64,000 bases of DNA from the NCBI GenBank assembly GCA_964439805.1, contig CAYTOI010000001.1, forward strand, positions 3,573-67,572, given 5' to 3'. This DNA is from an uncultured Pseudomonadales bacterium. GTDB taxonomy: Bacteria; Patescibacteriota; Microgenomatia; UBA1400; MFAQ01. The position numbers were made by a program, and so were the translations under genes. Under the pieces are notes generated by a model. That model did not search any database and was not told the origin of the DNA. It was given only the letters and a program-made list of their open reading frames with translations. Positions 29,466 to 39,934 of this stretch are shown here, piece after piece. Each line of letters begins with the position of its first letter. Positions within the stretch are counted from its first letter, which is position 1.

Positions 29466-30297
29466 TACTGATCCTCCCATCTAGTGTTCTCACTTTTCTA
29501 ATTTCCATTAAGGCCTGAACTGTTTCACCTATTCCCGGAGCTTTTCCATGCCAACTATAATTATTTTCCATGAAATCAACTCCCTTACCAGGTGTTGTTC
29601 TCAAAATTATCACACTTGGTTTTTCATGTACCACTTCCGTCTTTTTATATGCGTCAATAATTTCATCATGGTTATGCCCATCAACTTCCAAAGCAAAAAA
29701 TCCAAATGCTTCCAATTTTTCTTTTAGTGGATTAAGTGGCATCACGTCGTCAGTAAAACCATCAATCTGAATATTATTTCTATCTATCATTACTAGCAAG
29801 TTACTTAATTTAAATTTTGCTGCACTCATGTATGCTTCCCAAACTTGCCCCTCATCTTGCTCTCCATCTCCCATAAAACAAACAGTTTTTCTTTTTTTGT
29901 TTTGCATTTTATCAGCCAATGCCATCCCCACCGCCACACTAATTCCCTGACCGAGAGGACCACTACTATTTTCAATACCAGGCAACAACTTTGCCACAGG
30001 GTGACCCTGCAATCTTGTACCCAATTTTCTCAAACTAGAAAGTTCTTCTTTAGGAAAATATCCGGCCTCTGCTAGTGTTGCGTAAAGCACAGGACAATAG
30101 TGCCCAGCAGACAGAACTAGCCTGTCCCTATTCTCATTCCAGGGATCATGGGGAAAATGGTTGAGCAAATCTCCAAAATATAATGTGGCAAAAAAATCAG
30201 CAGAGCCCAAAGCTCCAGCCGGATGACCAGAACCAGCCTCAAGAAGCATCTTCAAAATTTCTTCACGAATAACACTCGCCTTAACACTCAAATCCAT
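29458..30297 (-). CDS. Transketolase, N-terminal subunit
   Basis: SGHP, LSAGH, LQGHP, GPLGQG, TPP-binding GDGE...N. Confidence 0.95.
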   Translation of the reverse strand: MDLSVKASVIREEILKMLLEAGSGHPAGALGSADFFATLYFGDLLNHFPHDPWNENRDRLVLSAGHYCPVLYATLAEAGYFPKEELSSLRKLGTRLQGHPVAKLLPGIENSSGPLGQGISVAVGMALADKMQNKKRKTVCFMGDGEQDEGQVWEAYMSAAKFKLSNLLVMIDRNNIQIDGFTDDVMPLNPLKEKLEAFGFFALEVDGHNHDEIIDAYKKTEVVHEKPSVIILRTTPGKGVDFMENNYSWHGKAPGIGETVQALMEIRKVRTLDGRISND

Positions 30298-30315
30298 ACT
30301 TTAATATTAGCACCG

Positions 30316-30945
30316 TCACTCCATAAACGCCGTCTCTCCACTTCCGGTATCAGCAGGGTGAGTTTCGTGACCTTCTCTTTCGTCATCAAAATCTTGTAGA
30401 TACTTTAGTACCATTTCAGGAGTAGTTGCAATCTTATACACCTTAAGAGAGTCAGGTCTAGAATCAGCTATTCTCATATTTGCAACGAGTGCTTCCATGA
30501 TCGGAAACCAGAAGTCCCCATACAAAATAAATGGTTTATGGTGTCCAAAGTATAAGTAAGCCAAACCCCATGCCATTCCGAACTCAGATAAAGTTCCAGT
30601 TCCTCCATTAAAAATTACATACGCATTTCCCAGCTCAAGGAGCTTCATGGTTCTATCCACATAGTTATTCATAATAATTTCCTTGTCAGCTTTATTAAAG
30701 TGATCTTTACCTTCAAAATTTTCAATAAACTTAGGATAAAATGTGGCCACCTCTGCCACCCCACCACCTTCATGAGCGCCATCAGTAGCCGCCCTCATTA
30801 CTCCCGGACCTCCACCATTTACAATCTCGAGTCCATTAACAGCCAGCAAACGTGCCACTTCCTTTGTTTCTTGATACAAAGGGTCATCTTCGGTACAATC
30901 CGCAAAGCCAAAAAAAGTAATTGCCTTCAAGTTCTTAAATGCCAT
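30316..30945 (-). CDS. LOG/lysine-decarboxylase-like (SLOG) family protein
   Basis: NGGGPGVM, GGTGTLSE. Confidence 0.85.
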   Translation of the reverse strand: MAFKNLKAITFFGFADCTEDDPLYQETKEVARLLAVNGLEIVNGGGPGVMRAATDGAHEGGGVAEVATFYPKFIENFEGKDHFNKADKEIIMNNYVDRTMKLLELGNAYVIFNGGTGTLSEFGMAWGLAYLYFGHHKPFILYGDFWFPIMEALVANMRIADSRPDSLKVYKIATTPEMVLKYLQDFDDEREGHETHPADTGSGETAFME

Positions 30946-30973
30946 AGTTAAATATTACCATCAAACCTACTAC

Positions 30974-31663
30974 CTAAACCCCACTCAAATTTACAAGCTT
31001 TAAATATTCTTCCTCTATATTTTCTGCTTTAAAAAGCTCGCTTCCCACTGCAAACTCCAATTTACCAAAGTTTCTATCCAGTTCATCCTCCGCAATTTCC
31101 TCTGCCCACTCTGCTTCAAAACATCTTTTAATATCCTTGCCATCTATTCCTCCATCAAGAATTATTTTTATATTTTTATCAATTTTTCTAATTTCTTTTA
31201 TTTTTTCCAAAACCTTTTCATCAAAGTCCTCCTTACCTTGTGAACCCAATTTCGAACTCATCAAAAGAACTGCATCCAAATTATTTATTACCTCATCCAA
31301 ACCAGTCAAGGGTGTTTCCAAAGCATAAGCCAAACCCGCCCTAAGTCCTGCAAACTGAGCATCAGCTATAAAAGCCACTTTATCACTCATTTTTTCCACT
31401 TGTCCGTAAACTGCAGTAATTCCCGCTTCCACACATCTATCAATCCATTCGTGAGGTTCTTCTACCATCAAGTGTGCTTCAAATTCAATTTCAATTGGTA
31501 GGTCGACTTCTTTAAGCGCCTCAGGAATCACTGTTATGGCTGGAGCAAATTTCCCATCAACAATGTCAACTTGCACTTTCTTTGCGAACGATTTTACCTT
31601 TTCAGCCTTTTCCAAAAAGGAAGTAATATCTTTTTCTAATATTGCTGGTACTATAGTTACCAT
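30974..31663 (-). CDS. rpe: Ribulose-phosphate 3-epimerase-like protein
   Basis: IVPAIL, QVDIVDGKF, EAHLMV, LDGGI; pentose-phosphate context. Confidence 0.85.
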   Translation of the reverse strand: MVTIVPAILEKDITSFLEKAEKVKSFAKKVQVDIVDGKFAPAITVIPEALKEVDLPIEIEFEAHLMVEEPHEWIDRCVEAGITAVYGQVEKMSDKVAFIADAQFAGLRAGLAYALETPLTGLDEVINNLDAVLLMSSKLGSQGKEDFDEKVLEKIKEIRKIDKNIKIILDGGIDGKDIKRCFEAEWAEEIAEDELDRNFGKLEFAVGSELFKAENIEEEYLKLVNLSGV

Positions 31664-32100
31664 TTTTGTTCTAAATTATTAACCTTATTAAATCTTCTAA
31701 TATATTTTTCTTCGGTCGAAAATTCTGTACTCAAAAAGAGCTTAATCATCTCTCTAACTCCCTCGTCAGTGCAATAATCTACAGGTATTGCCAAGGCATT
31801 TATATTATCGTCTAACCTCCCTCTTCTTACCGCTTCAGGTCCAAACCCAAGTCCACATCGCACTCCTCTAAATTTATTGGCTACAATGCACATCCCCATA
31901 CCATTGCGACAAAACAATATTACCCTATCACCTTCTTTCATTTCTCCAATGGCTTTTTGTGCGTAGTCTACATAATCATCATCTCCAGTAAGCTGATACG
32001 CACCCATGTCTTCCACTTCATATCCTTTCTCATCCAAAAAATCCACAATCTTTTCTTTGGCCTCAAAACCTCCATGATCAGCTGCAAGTATTACTCTCAT
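31657..32100 (-). CDS. rpiB: Ribose-5-phosphate isomerase B
   Basis: AADHGG, DYVDYA, CRNGMG..ANK..GVR. Confidence 0.92.
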   Translation of the reverse strand: MRVILAADHGGFEAKEKIVDFLDEKGYEVEDMGAYQLTGDDDYVDYAQKAIGEMKEGDRVILFCRNGMGMCIVANKFRGVRCGLGFGPEAVRRGRLDDNINALAIPVDYCTDEGVREMIKLFLSTEFSTEEKYIRRFNKVNNLEQKW

Positions 32101-32138
32101 ATCTAATGATATCAAATCTTGTCATTCCCACACACCAA

Positions 32139-32825
32139 TTATTTATTCAACAGCTCAGTAACTTTCTCGTAAGCATCCAAGTCACTCACCACCAACCAAC
32201 CTCTTTCTTTAGCCACTTCCAACAACTTCTCTGTTGGATTTATACAAACCGGGTTTTTCACTCTCTCCAACATTCCGATATCATTTTCCGAATCGCCAAA
32301 AGCAAAGTTATTACCACTGTATCTAGACAACAAATTCTCCACTACATGTTTACCATCAGCCAAAGAACTCATTATATTCCCCGTAAACTTGCCATCCAAA
32401 ACCTCGAATTCAGTACTTAGAAATCCATCCATCTCAAATTTTTCCTTTATTACTTCAGACACAAACTGTGGACCAGCAGTTACTAAATATATTTCATGAG
32501 TCTTTTTCAATTCCGGCAGCAATTGCTCAAAATATGAGTAAAAATTATCTTTGTTTTCTCCAAAAAAATCTTTCGTCTTTTCTTTAACGTCATTATAGTT
32601 AACACCCTTTAGTGATTCAGCCCATATCTGCAACAAAAAAACTGCTGTTTCTGAGTAGCTAATTAAACCTTCCTTATACTCTTTTGACTTTTCCAGCATT
32701 TTAGCAAATACAGATTCCTCCAAAACCTTTTCTTTAACCAAATATTTTGTTAAAGAAAAAATAGAATACTCCTTAAAGATTGTCATGTCTAAATCAAACA
32801 AAGCAATAGATTTTTTTGTATTCAT
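32139..32825 (-). CDS. HAD-IB family hydrolase
   Basis: FDLDMT, VTAG, FGDSENDI.ML...NP. Confidence 0.9.
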   Translation of the reverse strand: MNTKKSIALFDLDMTIFKEYSIFSLTKYLVKEKVLEESVFAKMLEKSKEYKEGLISYSETAVFLLQIWAESLKGVNYNDVKEKTKDFFGENKDNFYSYFEQLLPELKKTHEIYLVTAGPQFVSEVIKEKFEMDGFLSTEFEVLDGKFTGNIMSSLADGKHVVENLLSRYSGNNFAFGDSENDIGMLERVKNPVCINPTEKLLEVAKERGWLVVSDLDAYEKVTELLNK

Positions 32826-32829
32826 ATTT

Positions 32830-33540
32830 TTATACTCCAAAATCAGTTCTACCCTCTTCAATCTTCTTAAGTATTTCCTCAGCTTCTCGCAAACGAATAG
32901 TTAAGTTGTGGGTTTTTGCTATTTCCACCGACTCTTTAATATACTTTAAAGCTTCATCTTTTTTACTATCCATAGCGCTGGCAATGGCCAACTTGTTCAA
33001 ACAACCAGTTTCCCAAACTCTTGGAGCGTACTGAGTCATGTCTCCAGTTCTAATATCTTCCAAGGCTTCCAAAACTACTTTTATTCCTTCTTCTTTTTTG
33101 CCCATTTTGTACATTATTCCACCAATATGTGCCTTAAGATTTCCCTTCTCACACCTATCTGCTGGCGAAACATCGAAGGCCTTTTGGAAATAAACCAATG
33201 ATTCTTCTATCTTTCCACTCATCAATAGCCCATCACCATAGCATCGAAAACCAATCGACTGATTGTAAGGAGTAACAGTTTCACTATTTTCCTCAACCAC
33301 TTTATAACTCTCATAGGCATATGCCAAGGTTAATCTCTTAAACGTTTCATTATTCCCTTTTCCTATCTGATGTTTCATCACCAAGCTCATACCACCAAAA
33401 GCATGCACCAAGCCATTAAATTCCTCCTCTTTAACACAATCCAGCAAACATTCCATGTAAGCTTTTGCAGACTCACCATATTTTTCTTCTTCTCTCAAAG
33501 TATTGGCTTTTGCCAACCTCTCTTCCATTTCTTTTGTCAT
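32830..33540 (-). CDS. TPR-like helical repeat protein
   Basis: Repeated helical A..Y/G...EA patterns. Confidence 0.65.
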   Translation of the reverse strand: MTKEMEERLAKANTLREEEKYGESAKAYMECLLDCVKEEEFNGLVHAFGGMSLVMKHQIGKGNNETFKRLTLAYAYESYKVVEENSETVTPYNQSIGFRCYGDGLLMSGKIEESLVYFQKAFDVSPADRCEKGNLKAHIGGIMYKMGKKEEGIKVVLEALEDIRTGDMTQYAPRVWETGCLNKLAIASAMDSKKDEALKYIKESVEIAKTHNLTIRLREAEEILKKIEEGRTDFGV

Positions 33541-33565
33541 ATGCAATTATAATAACACTATAAAT

Positions 33566-34714
33566 ATGACAGATTTAAACAGGTTTAAGTTGGCTTCTAT
33601 CGTAACAGGTTCACCCTTTTGGGTATCAACAATTATCATATATTTCAATTCAAAAGGAATAAACCTTCCAGAGGTTTTTAAATTAATCAGCTTCTATCAA
33701 ATTTCCATAGTTCTACTAGAATACCCAACAGGAGTAATTGGTGATTATTTTTCGCACAAAACATCTATCACTATCGGATATCTCATTGCCGCACTTAGTT
33801 TGTTAATTTCAACTATTCAAATGCCAATTGTTTTTTATTATATTTTTATCTTTATACTTGCCATAGGTGTCACCTTAGTCTCAGGCAGTAACACTGCACT
33901 GCTTCACAAACTTTCAACTGACTTCAAAAAAGACTCATCTTCTTTAAAATCAATTTCCTTAATTTGGTCACTTATTGCAATATCTCTAGGTGGAGTTGTA
34001 GGAAATTACAACATAAATTATCCAACATATCTTTCAGGCACTGCCTTTTTTATTGGTTTTTTGATTATGCTCACCATAAAATACTCTGAAGAAAAAAGCA
34101 AAGAAGGTAATATTTTTAGCAAGGCAAAAGAAGGAATTGTTACAATAAAAAATAATCCTATCTTGTTGTCTGTGTTAACAGTCAATGCAATAATTTCTGG
34201 AATATTCCTTAGCGCCAAATGGTTTTACAACCCATTTTTTCAACAAGCTCAATTAAACATTTATTATTGGGGATTCCTAATTAGTGCAGCCACTTTGTCT
34301 ACAATCTTGGGTGTATATACTTACAAAAAGACTAAAGGTAATAGATTGTTGGTAAATTTTTTATTTTTAATTCTTTTGCTCTTTGTAACTTCGCTTGGAA
34401 TGTTTGGCTATACCAATTTAGCACTAGTTGCCCTATTTGCTGCCCATGCTGTAGGAGGAGGATATATACAAACTCTTCTGGAGGTAGATATCAATAATCA
34501 TATCAATGACTCAACCAGGGCCAGCGTACTTTCATTTGGTAGTTTGCTCATAGGACTTTTTTCTTCAATATATATTTATTTTATAGGTATTGTCTTGAAA
34601 CACTTCAATATATCCTACCTGTTTATATTTACAGGCATTTTACTTTTACTAGTTGGACTACCACTTACAATAAAAGTTAAAAAACATCTCAATCTATCCC
34701 CAGCTCAGCCCTAA
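33566..34714 (+). CDS. MFS transporter
   Basis: About 12 TM segments; LEYPTGVIGD, SGS..AL, RASVLS. Confidence 0.85.
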   Translation: MTDLNRFKLASIVTGSPFWVSTIIIYFNSKGINLPEVFKLISFYQISIVLLEYPTGVIGDYFSHKTSITIGYLIAALSLLISTIQMPIVFYYIFIFILAIGVTLVSGSNTALLHKLSTDFKKDSSSLKSISLIWSLIAISLGGVVGNYNINYPTYLSGTAFFIGFLIMLTIKYSEEKSKEGNIFSKAKEGIVTIKNNPILLSVLTVNAIISGIFLSAKWFYNPFFQQAQLNIYYWGFLISAATLSTILGVYTYKKTKGNRLLVNFLFLILLLFVTSLGMFGYTNLALVALFAAHAVGGGYIQTLLEVDINNHINDSTRASVLSFGSLLIGLFSSIYIYFIGIVLKHFNISYLFIFTGILLLLVGLPLTIKVKKHLNLSPAQP

Positions 34715-34991
34715 CTTCTTCAGAAATCAGCTCCTTGCTCCAAGGTGGATCCCAAATCAGCTCTACGTGTAAATTCTTTACTTCCTTAATTTCTGCTACC
34801 GCCTTCTTCACCTCACTATCTATTACCGGCGCCAAAGGGCATCCGGGACTTGTGAGGGTAAGGTCTACCTCTGCTTCCCCATCTTCAAAACGAATGTCAT
34901 AAATAAGACCAAGAGACACAATATCAATTCCCAGTTCCGGGTCCAAAACTTTTTTCAACGCCTCCCTAATTTTTTCTTCTACAGTAATCAT
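34689..34991 (-). CDS. Fe-S assembly protein, DUF59/SufT-like
   Basis: DPELGIDIVSLGLIY, TSPGCP, WDPPWS. Confidence 0.92.
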   Translation of the reverse strand: MITVEEKIREALKKVLDPELGIDIVSLGLIYDIRFEDGEAEVDLTLTSPGCPLAPVIDSEVKKAVAEIKEVKNLHVELIWDPPWSKELISEEVRAELGID

Positions 34992-35704
34992 TAATAAAAC
35001 TTTTCATAATTAATTAACTCTTCTGGAACTTGCTTTTCTCTAAGTTTATTTTTCATCTGTTCAATCATTTCCGTAGCTCCACACAGGTACCATACGGTAT
35101 TTCCAAAAGACAAGGTTTCCAAATCATCTCCCACATGCCCTGTTTTTCCACTCCACTCGGTTTCTGGTTGAGATAAATATATTTCAAAATCAAAGTTCGC
35201 GTACTTTTCTTTCAAGTCATTCATCTGACTTACCCAGTAAATTCCTCTTTTGTGTCTTAGTCCCCACCACAAAATAATTTTCCCTTTAAAGCCACTATCT
35301 AACAGCTTAGTTATCATTGGTAAAAATGGCGCTACTCCAGTACCTGTTGCCACAAAATAAACTGTTTCTACCGACATTGCTTCTTTCACTTCCAAAACAA
35401 ACCTTCCCAAAAACCCCATTACTTCTACCTCATCCCCCACAACCAAATTGTTTATATATACCGAACCTAAGCCCATTGGGCTGATGTCTACCACCAGCTT
35501 TACAATTTTATCTTTGTATTCCGCTACCGAATAAGATCTTCTTACTCCATTTTCACTAACCTTAAGACTCACATATTGCCCTGGTTCATAACTACAATCC
35601 TCTCCAAGCTCAATATCTATCTCAAAAATATTCTCCGCAATAACAATCTTCTTAATCACTTTACCCATTTGTTTTCTAGGACCAGTTACACTTTTTAAAA
35701 TCAT
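34991..35704 (-). CDS. FAD/NAD(P)-binding oxidoreductase (ferredoxin-reductase family)
   Basis: PGQY, RSYS, G.GS, ATGTGVAPF, YLCG, terminal EKFY. Confidence 0.9.
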   Translation of the reverse strand: MILKSVTGPRKQMGKVIKKIVIAENIFEIDIELGEDCSYEPGQYVSLKVSENGVRRSYSVAEYKDKIVKLVVDISPMGLGSVYINNLVVGDEVEVMGFLGRFVLEVKEAMSVETVYFVATGTGVAPFLPMITKLLDSGFKGKIILWWGLRHKRGIYWVSQMNDLKEKYANFDFEIYLSQPETEWSGKTGHVGDDLETLSFGNTVWYLCGATEMIEQMKNKLREKQVPEELINYEKFY

Positions 35705-36417
35705 TTAATCAAAAAATAAGCTATTCCAAAAAGGAAAATAGCCATTAATAATCTAAGCTGTTTATTGTATTTATGTTCCCACTCCTTCATCTCTACCACC
35801 TTTTTACCTCCTGCCATCACAAGCAAAATAACAAGTATTGGCAATATAAAAACAAAGTTATAGTACAAAAAATATATCAGCACCTGCCACATAGGTAGAC
35901 CTGACTTTGCCAAGTAAGAAGTCGTGCCAATATAAACAGGTAGCATACAAGGTGTCGAAAATGCCGTAGTCAATACTCCAACAACGACAGCCATTCCAGA
36001 ACCAGCTTTCATCAGAACCAAGTTAATTTTTTCATAGCCTTTACTACTCATTCTCAGGTGAATCGGAAAGTTATCCCAAAACACATCTTTAAATTGAATT
36101 AGTCCTGCCACTGCCAAAATTCCCGCCATTACATATTTAAATACACTGGCCAACCACAAACGTTGCAAGTAGAATGCCAATCCGTAAAAAAATAATCCCA
36201 AAACCAAATAAGTCACAAAAACACTAGCCAAATAAATCAACCCGTCTCTCAGTATTCTTGAGTTCTTGATTCCTTGAGTTCTTGAGTTCTTTTTTGGATC
36301 GTTTTGCGATCCAAAAACAAGTAAATATCCCAAAAAAGTAATCATCATCCCTATCCCACAGGGATTAAGTCCGTTTACCAAAGCCGCACCTGTAAGGGCT
36401 ACTAAATTTATACTCAT
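35701..36417 (-). CDS. CcdA/DsbD-like thiol-disulfide transporter
   Basis: Six TM segments with LNPC and TPC motifs; adjacent to a DsbA-family gene. Confidence 0.8.
   Translation of the reverse strand: MSINLVALTGAALVNGLNPCGIGMMITFLGYLLVFGSQNDPKKNSRTQGIKNSRILRDGLIYLASVFVTYLVLGLFFYGLAFYLQRLWLASVFKYVMAGILAVAGLIQFKDVFWDNFPIHLRMSSKGYEKINLVLMKAGSGMAVVVGVLTTAFSTPCMLPVYIGTTSYLAKSGLPMWQVLIYFLYYNFVFILPILVILLVMAGGKKVVEMKEWEHKYNKQLRLLMAIFLFGIAYFLIK
36256..36287 (+). repeat. 4x octamer array inside the ccdA-like gene (NSRTQGIKNSR)
   Basis: tcttgagt tcttgatt ccttgagt tcttgagt. Confidence 0.9.
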
Positions 36418-37052
36418 TATTTTTTTAGCAACTCTTTCACCTTATCTAATACAAACGGAACTCCCACCTGTTCTCCGTTTATAAATATTGTTGGAGTTCC
36501 AGAAAGTTGCAAATTAGCAGCCAAATTGGCGTCAGCCTGAACAAAATCAGCCACTTCTTTTGACTTCATTGTCGCTTCAAATTTTGTTCCATCTAACCCG
36601 ATACTCTTTGCATACTCCACAAACAAGAGTTCAGGATTTTTGGATTCAGACCACACATCTTGTTTTTCAAACATCACTTCCATCATCTCCCAACCCTTAC
36701 CAAGCACTCTCCCAGCTTCTACTGCTTTTGCCGAAATAACCGAATATTTATGTACATTAGCAGGAAGAGGAAAGTGCCTCATCACAGTTTTTACTCCAGA
36801 CATTGTATCCAAATCTTTAAGAGCAACTTTTGCCACCTTACAAGAAGGACACTGGATGTCAGAAAAACTTACCACTGTAACTTTCGTCTCACCATTTTCT
36901 CGAACAAATCTTGCACCTTCCAAAAGTACGTTTTGGTCCACAGTTGTCGCTGAAGTTGTATTGCTACTCATTTTTGTTAAGCCGAAAATTGCAGCAATTA
37001 CCAGCACCACACTTCCCCCAATTATCAATAAAGTATTTTTTATATCAGTCAT
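36417..37052 (-). CDS. DsbA/BdbD-family thioredoxin-fold protein
   Basis: FSDIQCPSC, RHFPL, GTPTIFING. Confidence 0.92.
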   Translation of the reverse strand: MTDIKNTLLIIGGSVVLVIAAIFGLTKMSSNTTSATTVDQNVLLEGARFVRENGETKVTVVSFSDIQCPSCKVAKVALKDLDTMSGVKTVMRHFPLPANVHKYSVISAKAVEAGRVLGKGWEMMEVMFEKQDVWSESKNPELLFVEYAKSIGLDGTKFEATMKSKEVADFVQADANLAANLQLSGTPTIFINGEQVGVPFVLDKVKELLKK

Positions 37053-37438
37053 TTTTTTGTCGCTTTTAATAACGCTCTATAAGCCAAAGTAGCACACTTC
37101 ATTCTACCTGCATTTATCTCTCCACCCATCAATTCTACAATTCCCTCCTCACTAATTTTTTCAATCTCAGAAATTTTCATCCCTATTACTTTTTCCGAAA
37201 GCATACTAGCAGCGGCTGTTGAAATTGCACACCCTACCCCTCGCCACCTAATTTCTTTGATTACCAGCTCTTCATCATCTTGAGTTCTTGATTCCTTGAT
37301 TCCTTGAGTTCTAATCTGTATTTGTATTACATCCCCACAACTAGAATTCGACTCATTTATAGTCACATCCGCCCCCTCCATCTCCCCAAAATTTCTAGGG
37401 TTTTTGTAGTGATCAATTATTTCATCGCGGTAGTCCAT
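37049..37438 (-). CDS. sufU: Fe-S scaffold/sulfur-transfer protein SufU (NifU/IscU family)
   Basis: IIDHYKNPRN, N.SCGD, GCAIS.A, RMKCA. Confidence 0.92.
   Translation of the reverse strand: MDYRDEIIDHYKNPRNFGEMEGADVTINESNSSCGDVIQIQIRTQGIKESRTQDDEELVIKEIRWRGVGCAISTAAASMLSEKVIGMKISEIEKISEEGIVELMGGEINAGRMKCATLAYRALLKATKK
37278..37309 (+). repeat. 4x octamer array inside sufU (RTQGIKESRTQD)
   Basis: tcttgagt tcttgatt ccttgatt ccttgagt. Confidence 0.9.
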
Positions 37439-37441
37439 GGT

Positions 37442-38734
37442 CTATATAAATACTTTTGGTACTTCTTTAATTTTTTCTACCAAATAGTTAATTTCTTCTT
37501 TTGTATTGTAAACATAAAAAGTGGCTCTCACCATAGCAGGAATCCCAAAACTTGTAACAAGTGGCGCAGCACAATGCTGACCGGACCGAACCGCAATTCC
37601 AAAATTATTTAGCACCTGAGCCACATCATGAGAGTGCACCCCTTTTACATTAAAGGCCAACGCCCCACCTCTTTCTTCTGGGTCTCTCACTCCATAAACC
37701 TCCACCAAACCTTCATCCTCCAGCACTTTAAATTTTTCCAAAGCATAACCAATTAATTCTTTCTCGTGTTCTCTCACATTGTCCATACCCAAGTTTTCCA
37801 AATAATCCACTGCCGCTCCCAAACCAATTATTCCAGCAATGTCAGGTGTCCCTGCTTCAAACTTACTAGGAATCTCTGCCCAGGTAGTATTTTCCAGCCG
37901 TACTTCTCCAATCATGTCTCCTCCGTACAAAAATGGGTCCATTTTGTTTAGTAAATCTTTCTTTCCCCAAAGTACTCCCGTCCCTGTTGGTCCCAGCATT
38001 TTGTGACCAGAAAAAGCAACAAAGTCAACTGATAATTTTGTAACATCCAATTTCATATGTGGCACCATTTGGGATGCATCCAAAACAATTACAGCTTCAG
38101 GATTTTTCGCTTTTACTTTCTCTACCAACATTTTAATATCTGGCAAAGTTCCAATTGCATTACTTGCTCCAGTCAAAGCAAACAACCTCACTTTCCCATC
38201 AGCAATCAAATCATCCATACTACCAATTAACACATTATCTTGAGTTCTTGAGTTCTTGAGTTCTTGAGTTTTTTCGACCAACTTTCCTTTTTGGTCGACT
38301 TCAACCACCCTAAATTCTGCACCTTTTTCTTTGCAAAGCACCTGCCAAGGAACAAAGTTTGAGTGATGCTCCAATCGCGTCACCAAAACTGCGTCCCCCT
38401 CTTTAATATTTTTCTTTCCCCAGGAATACATCACCAAGTTAAGCGATTCGCTAGCGTTTCTCGTAAAGATTATTTCTTCAGTTCGTCCTCCAATAAACTT
38501 CGCAACTTTTTCTCTGGCCTCGTCTACCATTTTTGTAGACTCTACTGACATGTCGTAAACTCCTCGGTGAATATTGGCATTATTGTTTCTATAATAGTCA
38601 TCCATTGCTCTCAAAACACTCTCAGGTTTCTGACTTGTGGCTCCACTATCCAAATAAACCAAATCTTGCCCATTAACTTTGCGCTTCAAAATCGGAAAAT
38701 CCTGCCTTATTTTATTTACGTCTAACATGTTCAT
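37442..38734 (-). CDS. sufS: Cysteine desulfurase SufS
   Basis: YLDSGATSQKP, EHHSN..PW, FSGHKMLGPTG, RSGQHCA. Confidence 0.96.
   Translation of the reverse strand: MNMLDVNKIRQDFPILKRKVNGQDLVYLDSGATSQKPESVLRAMDDYYRNNNANIHRGVYDMSVESTKMVDEAREKVAKFIGGRTEEIIFTRNASESLNLVMYSWGKKNIKEGDAVLVTRLEHHSNFVPWQVLCKEKGAEFRVVEVDQKGKLVEKTQELKNSRTQDNVLIGSMDDLIADGKVRLFALTGASNAIGTLPDIKMLVEKVKAKNPEAVIVLDASQMVPHMKLDVTKLSVDFVAFSGHKMLGPTGTGVLWGKKDLLNKMDPFLYGGDMIGEVRLENTTWAEIPSKFEAGTPDIAGIIGLGAAVDYLENLGMDNVREHEKELIGYALEKFKVLEDEGLVEVYGVRDPEERGGALAFNVKGVHSHDVAQVLNNFGIAVRSGQHCAAPLVTSFGIPAMVRATFYVYNTKEEINYLVEKIKEVPKVFI
38238..38269 (+). repeat. 4 perfect TCTTGAGT units inside sufS (KTQELKNSRTQD)
   Basis: (tcttgagt)x4. Confidence 0.95.
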
Positions 38735-39423
38735 ATTGTACTTAGTTCTTTGTCGCTTTTTAAATAATTCTTTATATCAACTTTTTTCATCGTTCCAAAA
38801 TCACCATAGTCTATTAGATCTATTCCAAAAACTTCTCTCCCTAATTTCTCCGCAATTATCTGGTTCCCTATTAAATTACAATGCAAAAAATCAATGTCTC
38901 CTGGTTTCATTTTCCACTCAATATTTTCCCAAAGATATTTATAACTAAAAACCTTACTCAAGTCATATTTTCCAAACTCCTCATACATATCCACAAACTG
39001 CAAATCTAAATCCACTGACACTTTTTTATAAATATCTCTTATGGTTTCCAACTTTTTACTTACCAATTCATTAATTGTCTTGTATGTCGACCACAAAACT
39101 ACTTTTGATCCTGTACTTTTTATCTTTAAAACAAGTTCTTTGAGCATCTCCTCAACATTACCTTCTAGCTCCAAATGATTAAATCCAAGCGAAAGTATAA
39201 CAACGTCTGGCTTAAATCTACCTATTAAAAACTCAAAACTATTCAAGAAAAAAGGTATAGTTGCCCCATCTTTTCCAGAATTAATTAATTTGGTTTTCCA
39301 ACCACTAATTTCATCTCCCTGCCTCAAGCTAAAATCCAACCAATCAAACCAGTTTGGATGACACCACTCCATACTCGTTGTACTATCTCCAACACAAACT
39401 ATGGTTTTTTGATCGCTATTCAT
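38731..39423 (-). CDS. SGNH/GDSL hydrolase
   Basis: VGDSTT, NSG..G, LG.N, DFLHCN..GN. Confidence 0.85.
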   Translation of the reverse strand: MNSDQKTIVCVGDSTTSMEWCHPNWFDWLDFSLRQGDEISGWKTKLINSGKDGATIPFFLNSFEFLIGRFKPDVVILSLGFNHLELEGNVEEMLKELVLKIKSTGSKVVLWSTYKTINELVSKKLETIRDIYKKVSVDLDLQFVDMYEEFGKYDLSKVFSYKYLWENIEWKMKPGDIDFLHCNLIGNQIIAEKLGREVFGIDLIDYGDFGTMKKVDIKNYLKSDKELSTI

Positions 39424-39428
39424 CTTCT

Positions 39429-39932
39429 TTATTTTACCCCCAAAAAACCTTTAATAATCAAATTTTCTGCCTCAGCTCTGTTTATCCCCCTTGTCTCCAA
39501 ATAAAACAATTGGTCCTCATCTATTCTCCCTACGCTAGCCGAATGACTTGCTTTAACTTCATTATTTAATATCTCTAGTTCCGGCTCAGCTACCGCCATA
39601 CTTTTATCATCAAGTAGTAGTAGCTTCATCGACAAAAAACTATCACTTTGTTTTGCCCCTTCTGCAATTTTCACCAATCCCTTAATTTTTACCCTTGCTC
39701 CACCTCTTACCACCCCTTTTACATCAACTCTGCACTTTGTTTTCCCTACTTTGTGTTCGGACAAAAGATTGATTACATAGTCCCCCTCAGTCTCTGCCAC
39801 AACAACACCAAGTAGCTCTTTCTCTTCCCCTTTGTCATTCATAACCACTTTAAAGTCATAGACCCCAGGTCTTTCAATTACAAACCTCTCAATATCTTGA
39901 GTTCTTGAGTTTTGGAAGTTTTGAGTTTTCAT
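39429..39932 (-). CDS. sufD: Short SufD-like protein (C-terminal SufBD domain only)
   Basis: PELEI...VKASHSASVG.ID..QLFYL..RG. Confidence 0.85.
   Translation of the reverse strand: MKTQNFQNSRTQDIERFVIERPGVYDFKVVMNDKGEEKELLGVVVAETEGDYVINLLSEHKVGKTKCRVDVKGVVRGGARVKIKGLVKIAEGAKQSDSFLSMKLLLLDDKSMAVAEPELEILNNEVKASHSASVGRIDEDQLFYLETRGINRAEAENLIIKGFLGVK
39895..39926 (+). repeat. Octamer array forming the SufD N-terminus (MKTQNFQNSRTQD)
   Basis: tcttgagt tcttgagt tttggaag ttttgagt. Confidence 0.85.
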
Positions 39933-39934
39933 TT